Position numbers and translations under genes: made by a program. A stretch of 64,000 nucleotides of DNA from Octopus sinensis (taxonomy: Eukaryota): positions 97,650,001 through 97,714,000 of the forward strand of contig NC_043002.1 of assembly GCF_006345805.1 (NCBI RefSeq), in the 5' to 3' direction. Shown here in pieces: positions 25,488 through 35,330 of the stretch. The notes beneath the pieces were generated by a model. That model did no database searches and was not told the origin of the DNA. It saw nothing but the letters and a program-made list of their open reading frames with translations. The first letter of the stretch is position 1, and each line of letters begins with the position of its first letter.

Positions 25488-26070
25488 TAAGGCGGCGAGC
25501 TGGCAGAAACGTTAGCACGCCGGGCGAAATGCGTAGCCGTATTTCGTTTGCCGTTACGTTCTGAGTACAAATTCCGCCGAAGTCGACTTTGCCTTTCATC
25601 CTTTCGGGGTCGATAAATTAAGTAGCAGTTACGCACTGGGGTCGATGTAATCAACTTAATCCGTTTGTCTGTCCTTGTTTGTCCTCTCTGTGTTTAGCCC
25701 CTTGTGGGTAGTAAAGAAATAGGTATTTCATCTGCAGTTACCTTCTGAGTTCAAATTCCGCCGAAGTCGACTTTACCTTTCATCTTTTCGGGGTCGATTA
25801 AATAAGTACCAGTTATGCACTGGGGTCGACGTAATCGACTTAATCCGTGTGTCTGTCCTTGTTTGACCCCTCTAAAGAAATAAGAAACGTTAGCACGCTG
25901 GGCGAAATACTTTCGTTTATCTTTACGTTCTGAGTTCAAATTCCGCCGAGGTCGACTTGTCTTTCATCCTTTCGTGGTCCATAAAATATGCACCAGTTGA
26001 GCACAGGGGTCGATGTAATCGACTCAACCCCTCCCTTAAGATTGCTGCCCTTGTACCAAAATTTGAAACC
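25488..26070 (+). mobile_element. Tandem cluster of SINE C copies (one full, two or three partial)
   Basis: Repeated GTTCTGAGTTCAAATTCCGCCGA...GGGGTCGAT blocks. Confidence 0.85.
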
Positions 26071-26085
26071 AATAAGTTTATATAT

Positions 26086-26368
26086 TATTTACATTTGACG
26101 GATATTTGTCCTCATCTTATTTGTTATTAACACAACGTTTCGGCTGATATACCCTCCAGCCTTCATCAGGTGTGTTGGGGAAATTTCGAACCTGGGTTCT
26201 CATTCCTAAGGTATTTTTCGATGGGTTTTTTTTTCTTCTGTATACCTACTGGAGGAGTTACCTCAATCCTATAAAATATTACAAAAAAAATTAAGTAGAT
26301 TGACAAGTTTACTTTTTGAACCTTGATGCCGAAATATCGTTCACTTGATAACAACGACACGGTTCTTC

Positions 26369-26409
<41 letters not shown>

Positions 26410-26547
26410 CGGAAATACCTTTGGAATGAGAACACAGGTTCGAAATTTCCCCAAGACACCTGAAGAAGGCTGGAGGATATATCAACCCAAATGTTGTGTT
26501 AACAACAAACAAGATGAGGACAAATATCCGTCAAACGTAAATAATGT
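26086..26547. mobile_element. Head-to-head inverted pair of Penelope-like terminal repeats
   Basis: About 135-bp arms at 26086-26222 and 26410-26547; each contains a hammerhead motif. Confidence 0.75.
26129..26175 (-). ncRNA. Minimal type I hammerhead ribozyme with an extra A after A9
   Basis: acac-CUGAUGA-A-GGCUG-gaggguauau-CAGCC-GAAA-CG-UU/gugu; helix III is only the palindrome ACGU. The right-arm copy (26455-26500, +) is mutated (GAAA to CAAA). Confidence 0.75.
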
Positions 26548-26609
26548 CACTTATAACTCCATGGAAACTGGTTGATACGCCCCATGAGTTTTAGGACTTG
26601 AGACAATTC

Positions 26610-26900
26610 TTATAACGTTTTTCTCAGTTCTGCTGATTGCAGGTCTCCCAGAACGTTCGTCAATATCGACATTTTTCTTGGAAATGTCTAAACCACTCGT
26701 ATACTTTTGTGCAGCTCATACACTCCTTTCCATACCCTTTCTGCAACTTTGCATCGGCCTCTGAGCAGGTATCACTATGACAACTTTCTCAGTCATGGTC
26801 AATGCGACGATCACACGCTACACACCTTCCTTCCAGGCACTGCTGTAAACAGCAGAAATGAACTAGAACATTAAAACTTAGTGCGCATGCACAGCAGAGT
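26610..26900 (-). mobile_element. Mariner transposase N-terminal fragment
   Basis: DTCSEADAKLQKGYGKECMSCTKVYEWFRHFQE followed, after a frameshift, by DERSGRPAISRTEKNV: HTH and linker motifs. Confidence 0.75.
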
Positions 26901-27487
26901 TCAAGGTCAATCTTTGCTAAGCAGCTTTACTCTGCGTGCTTTAGCTTTGTTACTATGGCAACAGTCCCGATACTTATTGATCAGACATCGTATTTACGGG
27001 TTTGTAGTTTATAGGTATTTGATGTGTGGAAGATGCAATGAGACATCCCTAAAAGAATGGTTTCTACTGCCTGAAGTCGAGGTTAAGATGCATTTACTTC
27101 TAAGAACAATCAGCATAAAACGAGGGGAGACTCTGAGAAGTTGCCTGATTTACAGTACTAAAACCCAAGTGGTGGGGGTGATGCAAGAAGATATGATACG
27201 GCAGCGGTGGAACTATTTCTTTGGTATGAATACAGTGATGCATAAAGGTTTGGTTTGAAGGTGAGAAAGAGACCAAAGTTATTTGGTATGTTTGGTGTGT
27301 ACATAATGGATATCATGTCAGTATATAATCAAGGTTCTTTGTCAGTGTGCATGTCAGCTGTGGATACTGACTGAGGCAGACGGTTCAAAATAGCAAACAA
27401 TATGGCATCCGCGCCAGCAGCGTTGGACTGGGAAGAGTGCAAGGGCAGAAACAGTTGCGTATATTGAAATCACAGGCGACAATAATG

Positions 27488-28190
27488 AATGTGGTGGTGG
27501 TGGTGGTTTTGGTGGTGGTGGTTTTGGTGGTGGTGGTGGTTTTGGTGGTGGTGGTCAATGACTACGACAATGACGAGGAGGTGGTGGAGGAGGAGGAGGA
27601 GGAGGGGGGTGAAAGAGAAGATGAAAGGAGTTGATGGTGGAGGAGATGGAGAAGGAAGAGGAGTGGGGAGGTGAAAGAGGTGTTGGTGGTGGAGGAAGTA
27701 GAGGAGGAGGAGGAGGAGGCGAGTGGGAGGAGGAGAGAAGGAGTAGGGAGGAGAGGGGATGAGATGGAGGAGGAGGTGAAAAAGGAAAAGGTGAAAGAGG
27801 AGGTGAAAGAGGAGGAGGTGAATGAGGAAGGGATGAAAGAGGAGGAAGAAGTGGAGGGGGAAAGAGGAGGAGGCGAAAGGAGGTGAAAGAGGAGGAGGAG
27901 AAGAGGAAGGAGGTGAAAGAGGAGGAGGAGAAAGAGGAGGAGGTAGAAGGGGAAGAGGTGAAAGAAGAGGAGGTGAAAGAGGAGGAGGTAGAAGAGGAGG
28001 AGGTAGAAGGGGAAGAGGTGAAAGAAGAGGAGGTGAAAGAGGAAGAGGTGAAAGAGGAAGGGGTGAAAGAGGGGGAGGAGAAAGAGGAGGAGGTGAAAGA
28101 GGAAGAGGTGAAAGAGGAGGAGGTGAAAGAGGAGGAAGTGAAAGAAGAGGTGAAAGAGGAGGAGGTGAAAGAAGAGGAGGTGAAATTGGT
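27488..28190. repeat. (GGT)n followed by a polypurine minisatellite (~15-bp GAGGTGAAAGAGGAG)
   Basis: Visible directly; the EEEVK ORF is a by-product. Confidence 0.9.
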
Positions 28191-28469
28191 TATGTCAAGT
28201 GAAGTGTGAGAGATGTATTTAGATGCAAATCGTGAGTTTGGAAAGAAACAGAGACAGCAGATGAACTTGGATTAACGATGAAATGAAACTTGATTGAGAC
28301 CAATATTATCCTAGGGGTCATTGTTGCTGAAATCCAGAGGGGACGGATAAGAGAGTAACAGGATTCTAAGTACTTGCCACAGAAACCACTCTCCAAATAA
28401 AATGGAAATATAAAATGGTTACCTGGACATCGTTTCAGTCTATATATATAGGTCTATACATGAACAACA

Positions 28470-28860
28470 CAAGTCAACCTCGGCGATAGTTTGAATATGT
28501 TCTAAGTTCAAATTCCGACGCAACGGAGTTGATTTTTGCCTTTTACCCTTTTGGGGTTGAAAAATAAATGCTAGTCGAAAACAGGGGTCGATGTAATCGA
28601 CGAACCCCCGATCAACAAAATTTCAGGGTCTTGTGCCTATAGAAGAAATGATTATTGGTAAAGGCAGTGCACTAGCAGAATCATTAGCACACAGAGAAAA
28701 ATTCTAAGCGACATTTCTTCCAGGTTTACATGTTCCCAGTTCAAATTTCGCCAAGGCTGACACTGTCTTTCATCCTTTTGAGGAAACAGTAAAATTAGTG
28801 CCAATTGAATGCTGACATCACCTCCATCGCCTTCCAGGCCTTGTGCCTACAGGAGAAAGA
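28470..28860 (+). mobile_element. Two diverged SINE C copies
   Basis: GTTCAAATT...GCCTTTTACCCTTTTGGGGTTGA and a second degenerate core. Confidence 0.6.
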
Positions 28861-28948
28861 GAAAATATACATAGTACTCCCGGATCTAATCCCAGATTCC
28901 AATTTGTGACTAAGTGAGATTCAAGGCTTTGTTTTTTTTATATGCATA

Positions 28949-29349
28949 GGCGCAGGAGTGGCTGTGTGGTAAGTAGCTTGTTTACCAACCACATGGTTCC
29001 GGGTTCAGTCCCACTGCGTGACACCTTGGGCAAGTGTCTTCTACTATAGCCTCAGGCCAACCAAAGCCTTGTGAGTGGATTTGGTAGACGGAAACTGAAA
29101 GAAGCGTCGTATATATATATATATATATATGCGTGTGTGTGTTTGTGTGTCTGTTTTGTCTCCTAGCATTGCTTGACAACCGATGTGGTGTGTTTATGTC
29201 CCCGTTACTTAGCGGTTCGGCAAAAGAGACCGAATAGAATAAGTACTGGGCTTAGAAAAGAATAGTCCCTGGGTCGAGTTGCTCGATTAAGGCGGTGCTC
29301 CAGCATGGCCGCAGTCAAATGACTGAAACAAGTAAAAGAGTAAAAGAGT
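28949..29349 (+). mobile_element. SINE family B, full length
   Basis: GGCGCAGGAGTGGCTGTGTGG...GAAACAAGTAAAAGAG. Confidence 0.92.
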
Positions 29350-29459
29350 TCCAGGAGTTTGTGGTGCCATTAACATTAATTAATTTACGTTAGTTAATGC
29401 CATTTATCTGGCTATCATTTAAGTAACAGCAAACTGTAAACAACATTCAATTGGTTCAA

Positions 29460-29716
29460 TCAGTTATTTACTTTCAATCTTAATTTTGATGTGATGAAAA
29501 ACCGTATAAAATATAAAATTTCAAGATAATAAGATCGATTATTTCTGATCATCGTCAATAAAGTGGCCGCTGTAATAACACTAACACCGCGAAATACTTT
29601 TGAATACATTTGGCACAACAGATGTCTTTCATGTTCTGACATTTCAGGGAGGACTTCTGAAGCAGGTTTAATCGTGTAGGCCTTCTTATATGCTGTATAT
29701 CCACCGATTATGCCAC
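29460..29716 (-). CDS. C19orf12: C19orf12/Nazo-like protein, last coding exon
   Basis: Acceptor atcttaatag|GT, phase 1; (G)GIIGGYTAYKKAYTIKPASEVLPEMSEHERHLLCQMYSKVFRGVSVITAATLLTMIRNNRSYYLEILYFIRFFITSKLRLKVNN*; aligns by eye without long gaps to the C19orf12 C-terminal domain ([35 protein letters not shown]...NYVTKELRAEI). Confidence 0.85.
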
Positions 29717-29862
29717 CTATTAAGATTAATAGAATATGTTTATTTGAGCAAAAGGTTAGTTAAATATATTAGCATTTTATTCAAGTCATATAATACACTT
29801 TAAACATTCAATAAATTTATATTATTCTAAAGCATACAACACAGTCGACCATAGCTACTTAC

Positions 29863-29947
29863 CACCTCCTCTACTTTCAGCACCATAACAGAATATAATA
29901 AAGAGAATTAGCTTAAAACACCGAGGTAGATGCACTAAGGAATTCAT
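29863..29947 (-). CDS. Candidate alternative exon of the C19orf12-like gene (signal-peptide-like first exon, or 72-nt cassette 29934-29863)
   Basis: Consensus donor GGTG|GTAAGT in phase 1, in frame with the last exon; ATG at 29947 gives MNSLVHLPRCFKLILFIIFCYGAESRGG; internal acceptor ttccttag|TG after a long pyrimidine tract gives a symmetric 72-nt exon. Confidence 0.45.
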
Positions 29948-30097
29948 GAACAAAACCGAATAAAACAGACAGAATTAAAAGAAAAATTTAGTAATAAATA
30001 CAGCTCCAGGAATGCATCTAATATGTAAATTGATATATCTAATAACTTAACATTGCTGTATGTGGTGGCTATGTGTTCGGAGGTGAGAGTGGGTTAC

Positions 30098-30159
30098 ATG
30101 GGTGCTGATGAAGGGACGGCAACCTCCCCCCCCCCCCGAAATAAGGTATATACACTCAT
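30098..30159 (+). ncRNA. Candidate type I hammerhead ribozyme
   Basis: augggug-CUGAUGA-A-GGG...CCC-GAAA-UA-aggua-UA-UA/cacucau; helix I 7 bp, weak helices II and III, AUA triplet. Confidence 0.35.
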
Positions 30160-30265
30160 TACCCATTTTGTCTTCAATTTCATTGTTTATATCTCATGTC
30201 TCAATACAAAACGTTGCAAAAAAATCAGTGTTGGTTTTGTAGTGATGCTACTGTGTAGGGTTCAG

Positions 30266-30329
30266 CGCGCATGCGCAGAATGGGACTACTTCCGGGTGGC
30301 CACCAGAAGTCTTCCCATGCGCATGTGCG
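30266..30329. promoter_or_regulatory. Putative promoter: NRF1/erect-wing-type and ETS motifs
   Basis: CGCGCATGCGCA (30266-30277), ACTTCCGG (30288-30295) and TGCGCATGTGCG (30318-30329) in a CpG-rich island about 320 bp upstream of the ATG at 29947. Confidence 0.55.
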
Positions 30330-30486
30330 GGAAACGTTCCCTCAGGCCCACCAAACTCAAATCTTTCTCTCCGGCAAGTCTTATAAAATTGTATGTGACT
30401 AGATCGGATATCGACACTCTTTCAGTGAATCGATAACCGATCCTCGTTACAGTTTTAATTTCTGTAGAAACAACCCTAACAAAATA

Positions 30487-30675
30487 ACTTTAAAGATTGA
30501 CTTTAAAGATTGACTTTAAAGATTGACTTTAAAGATTGACTTTAAAGATTGACTTTAAAGATTGACTTTAAAGATTGACTTTAAAGATTGACTTTAAAGA
30601 TTGACTTTAAAGATTGACTTTAAAGATTGACTTTAAAGATTGACTTTAAAGATTGACTTTAAAGATTGACTTTAG
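30487..30675. repeat. 13-bp minisatellite (ACTTTAAAGATTG), about 14 identical units
   Basis: Visible directly; each unit contains the palindrome CTTTAAAG. Confidence 0.95.
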
Positions 30676-30789
30676 AATGATTGACTTTGAAATGGTATAA
30701 AATGTTATCTACTTCTAACAGAAAGCTGCCTTGCACATTCTAATGTTAAAAAAAAAAAAAAAAAAGCATCATCATGATTGTGTGATAAA

Positions 30790-30947
30790 TCATGGCTGTG
30801 GGGTAAGAAACTTGCTTCCCAACAACACTGTTCTGGGTTCAATCTTTCTGCGTGGCACCTTAGGCAAGTGTCTTCTACTATAGCCTTGGGCCGACCAAAG
30901 CCTTGTGAGTGGATTTGATAGACGGAAACAGAAAGAAGCTTGTCGTA

Positions 30948-30978
<31 letters not shown>

Positions 30979-31179
30979 GTGTGTGTGTGTGTGTGTGTGT
31001 GTGTAAATGTTTGTGTGTCTGTATTTGCGTCCCCATAACTTACCGGTTTGGCAAAAGAGAGACCAATAGAATAAGTACTAGGCTTACAAAGAATAAGCCC
31101 TGGTGTCGATTTTTTTCGACTAAAGGTGGTGCTCCAGCATGGCCACAGTCAAATGACTGAAGCAAGTAAAAGAATAAGA
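30790..31179 (+). mobile_element. SINE family B
   Basis: Near-complete copy. Confidence 0.88.
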
Positions 31180-31290
31180 GAATATAATAAAGAGAATTAG
31201 CTTAAACACCGAGGTAGATGCACTAAGGAATTCATGAACAAAACCGAATAAAACAGACAGAATTAAAAGAAAAGTTTAGTAATAAATACA
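31180..31290. repeat. 110-bp duplicate of 29891-30002
   Basis: One deletion and one substitution relative to the original; includes the ATG of the candidate exon, frameshifted in this copy. Confidence 0.9.
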
Positions 31291-31642
31291 AGAGACAAGG
31301 GTTCCAGTTGGAACAGCCTGCTCATGAAATTAACATGCAAGTGGCTGAGCACTCCACAGACACGATTACCCTTGACGTAGTTCTTAGAGAGATTCAGTGT
31401 GATGCAGAGTGTGACAAGGCTGGCCCTTTGAAATACAGGTACAACAGAAACAGGAAGAAAGAGTAAGAGAAAGTTATGGAGAAAGCGTACAGCAGGGTTC
31501 ACCCCCCGCCCCTGCCGGAGCCTCGTGGAGCTTTAAGTGTTTTCACTAAATGAAAACTCACAACGCCCAGTCTGGGAATTGAAACTGAGATCCTATGACC
31601 GTGAGTCCACTGCCTTAACCACTGGGCCAATGCACCTCCATT
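31291..31642 (-). mobile_element. SINE family A
   Basis: Head on the minus strand ends at CCAATGCACCTCCA; tail end truncated. Confidence 0.85.
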
Positions 31643-32016
31643 AGATTAATACTCAAAACACAGCTAAAGGCAAAAAGAAACCAGAAAAAACAAAATAATA
31701 GGCATCAATATTCAAGGTATACCAGTAGCAAGTACCTTAACAGAATGAATCAACCCCAGAACTTATTCTTTGTAAGCCTAGTACTTATTCTATCGGTATC
31801 TTTTGCCGAACTACTAAGTTACAGGAACGTAAACATAACAACATGTGTTGTCAAGCAGTGGGAGAGGGCAAACACAGACACACACATACGTACCCACAAG
31901 AGTAAACAAGAGAGACAGAGACAGGCAGAAACAAGGAAAATGCCACTTGTATTTCAATACTATGCAAATATTCTTTTAAAAAACTTTTCTTTTAATTTTT
32001 CCATATATAAATATAC

Positions 32017-32064
<48 letters not shown>

Positions 32065-32146
32065 ATGTGTATATATATATATATATATGTGTGTATGTAT
32101 ATATATATATATGTATGTATATATATATATATATATGTATGTATAC

Positions 32147-32203
<57 letters not shown>

Positions 32204-32484
32204 ATATTAATTAATAAGGTGAGAGAATTAGATACTAATTTAATAGTATATCTATTCTACACCAAGTGGCCTAGTGCTCCGAGAAACCTGGATTATTATA
32301 ATATTTTATAATATATTATAATATTTTTACAAAATAAATATAAGAGAGTGGTCACTATATGGCTTACTCTAGCCCAGTTAATCCAATAGGTTTCAACCAC
32401 AAAAATACATGTTTCCCATGAAAGTCAGTACGATTGTTAGCTCACACGGACAGGGCAAATAAAAAATAACAAAAATACAGATTA

Positions 32485-32566
32485 TTTTGGGACAATTGTT
32501 TCGCTATTAATGAATTAAATGTAATTTTACTTACAAAAGAATCCACTTGTAGCTCCTCAGCCAAAA
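32485..32566 (-). ncRNA. Type I hammerhead ribozyme, array copy 1
   Basis: uuuugg-CUGAGGA-GCUA...UAGC-GAAA-CAAUUG-UC/ccaaaa; all core bases present, GUC triplet, palindrome ACAAUUGU. Confidence 0.92.
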
Positions 32567-33014
32567 CTATCTGGATGAAATCCACTCATCACATGCCAGA
32601 TTTTATCATAACGATAAATACGCGTGTGGTTCAATTGATTACATCCGACGTTATAATTCAAATGCCCCAACTAACAGCGCGCCAAATTTTACGGAAAACA
32701 AATACAGCATTTAGAAATAAATGCAGCATAATATTATTAATTAATAAGGGTGAGAGAATTAGATACTAATTTAATAGTATATCTATTCTACACCAAGTGG
32801 CCTAGTGCTCCGAGAAACCTGGATTATTATAATATTTTATAATAATTATAATATTTTTACAAAATAAATATAAGAGAGTGGTCACTATATGGCTCACTCT
32901 AGCACCAGTTAATCCAATAGGTTTCAACCACAAAAATACATGTTTCCCATGAAAGTCAGTACGATTGTTAGCTCACACGGACAGGGCAATAAAAAATAAC
33001 AAAAATACAGATTA

Positions 33015-33096
33015 TTTTGGGACAATTGTTTCGCTATTAATGAATTAAATGTAATTTTACTTACAAAAGAATCCACTTGTAGCTCCTCAGCCAAAA
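33015..33096 (-). ncRNA. Type I hammerhead ribozyme, array copy 2
   Basis: Same core and helices as copy 1. Confidence 0.92.
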
Positions 33097-33545
33097 CTAT
33101 CTGGATGAAATCCACTCAATCACACGCCAGATTTTATCATAACGATAAATACGCGTGTGGTTCAATTGATTACATCCGACGTTATAATTCAAATGCCCCA
33201 ACTAACAGCGCGCAAATTTTCACGGAAAACAAATACAGCATTTAGAAATAAATGCAGCATAATTATAATTAATTAATAAGGGTGAGAGAATTAGATACTA
33301 ATTTAATAGTATATCTATTCTACACCAAGTGGCCTAGTGCTCCGAGAAACCTGGATTATTATAATATTTTATAATATATTATAATATTTTTACAAAATAA
33401 ATAGAGAGGTGTCACTATATGGCTCACTCTAGCACCAGTTAATCCAATAGGTTTCAACCAAAAAAATACATGTTTCCCATGAAAGTCAGTACGATTGTTA
33501 GCTCACACGGACAGGGCAAATAAAAAAATACAAAAATACAGATTA

Positions 33546-33627
33546 TTTTGGGACAATTGTTTCGCTATTAATGAATTAAATGTAATTTTACTTACAAAAG
33601 AATCCACTTGTAGCTCCTCAGCCAAAA
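33546..33627 (-). ncRNA. Type I hammerhead ribozyme, array copy 3
   Basis: Same core and helices as copy 1. Confidence 0.92.
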
Positions 33628-33844
33628 CTATCTGGATGAAATCCACTCAATCACACGCCAGATTTTATCATAACGATAAATACGCGTGTGGTTCAATTGA
33701 TTACAATTGATTTTCCGTGAAAATTTGGCGCGCTGTTAGTGGGGCATTTGAATTATAACGTCGGATGTAATCAATTGAACACACACGCGTATTTATCGTT
33801 ATGATAAAATCTGGCGTGTGATTGAGTGGATTTCATCCAGATAG

Positions 33845-33925
33845 TTTTGGCTGAGGAGCTACAAGTGGATTCTTTTGTAAGTAAAATTACATTTAATCAT
33901 TAATAGCGAAACAATTGTCCCAAAA
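33845..33925 (+). ncRNA. Type I hammerhead ribozyme, array copy 4
   Basis: TTTTGG CTGAGGA GCTA...TAGC GAAA CAATTG TC CCAAAA. Confidence 0.92.
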
Positions 33926-34376
33926 TAATCTGTATTTTTGTTATTTTTTATTTGCCCTGTCCGTGTGAGCTAACAATCGTACTGACTTTCATGGGAAACA
34001 TGTATTTTTGTGGTTGAAACCTATTGGATTAACTGGTGCTAGAGTGAGCCATATAGTGACCACTCTCTTATTTTATTTTGTAAAATATATATAATATATT
34101 ATAAAATATTATAATAATCCAGGTTTCTCGGAGCACTAGGCCACTTGGTGTAGAATAGATATACTATTAAATTAGTATCTAATTCTCTCACCCTTATTAA
34201 TTAATTATAATTATGCTGCATTTATTTCTAAATGCTGTATTTGTTTTCCGTGAAAATTTGGCGCGCTGTTAGTTGGGGCATTTGAATTATAACGTCGGAT
34301 GTAATCAATTGAACCACACGCGTATTTATCGTTATGATAAAATCTGGCGTGTGATTGAGTGGATTCATCCAGATAG

Positions 34377-34458
34377 TTTTGGCTGAGGAGCTACAAGTGG
34401 ATTCTTTTGTAAGTAAAATTACATTTAATTCATTAATAGCGAAACAATTGTCCCAAAA
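34377..34458 (+). ncRNA. Type I hammerhead ribozyme, array copy 5
   Basis: Same core and helices. Confidence 0.92.
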
Positions 34459-34918
34459 TAATCTGTATTTTTGTTATTTTTTATTTGCCCTGTCCGTGTG
34501 AGCTAACAATCGTACTGACTTTCATGGGAAACATGTATTTTTGTGGTGTTGAAACCTATTGGATTAACTGGTGCTAGAGTGAGCCATATAGTGACCACTC
34601 TCTTTATTTATTTTGTAAAAATATTATAATATATTATAAAATATTATAATTATCCAGGTTTCTCGGAGCACTAGGCCACTTGGTGTAGAATAGATATACT
34701 ATTAAATTAGTATCTAATTCTCTCACCCTTATTAATTAATTATAATTATGCTGCATTTATTTCTAAATGCTGTATTTGTTTTCCGTGAAAATTTGGCGCG
34801 CTGTTAGTTGGGGCATTTGAAATTGAATTATAACGTCGGATGTAATCAATTGAACCACACGCGTATTTATCGTTATGATAAAATCTGGCGTGTGATTGAG
34901 TGGATTTCATCCAGATAG

Positions 34919-34999
34919 TTTTGGCTGAGGAGCTACAGTGGATTCTTTTGTAAGTAAAATTACATTTAATTCATTAATAGCGAAACAATTGTCCCAAAA
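34919..34999 (+). ncRNA. Type I hammerhead ribozyme, array copy 6
   Basis: Same core and helices; 1-nt deletion in loop II. Confidence 0.92.
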
Positions 35000-35144
35000 T
35001 AATCTGTATTTTTGTTATTTTTTATTTGCCCTGTCCGTGTGAGCTAACAATCGTACTGACTTTCATGGGAAACATGTATTTTTGTGGTTGAAACCTATTG
35101 GATTAACTGGTGCTAGAGTGAGCCATATAGTGACCACTCTCTTA

Positions 35145-35194
<50 letters not shown>

Positions 35195-35198
<4 letters not shown>

Positions 35199-35330
35199 GG
35201 AGTAAACACATAAATGTGAAACAAGGTGGAAAAAGAGTACTCAGATACCAGTGGTAGAGTAATATGCTTTATTTAAGCAGCAGAAAATTCAACAAATCTG
35301 TTGAATTTTCTGCTGCTTAAAATAAAGTAT
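35195..35330. mobile_element. Short PLE-like end with a ~27-bp hairpin, between TA arrays
   Basis: TTTATTTAAGCAGCAGAAAATTCAACA-aatc-TGTTGAATTTTCTGCTGCTTAAAATAAA. Confidence 0.5.

Larger units (their letters stand above)
32203..35153. repeat. Palindromic tandem array of ~530-bp hammerhead-bearing units (retrozyme or Penelope pLTR-like)
   Basis: About 2.8 units at 32203-33704, then about 2.7 units inverted at 33711-35153; HHR spacing 530, 531, 532 and 542 bp; (TA)n on both outer flanks; no ORF. Confidence 0.9.

Noticed and set aside
26455-26500. Functional hammerhead in the right arm
   Set aside because: G12 is mutated (CAAA), and helix II and the ACGU palindrome are disrupted.
27671-28209. 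Glu-rich protein (EEEVK repeats)
   Set aside because: By-product of a polypurine minisatellite; no true start, splice support or flanking coding sequence.
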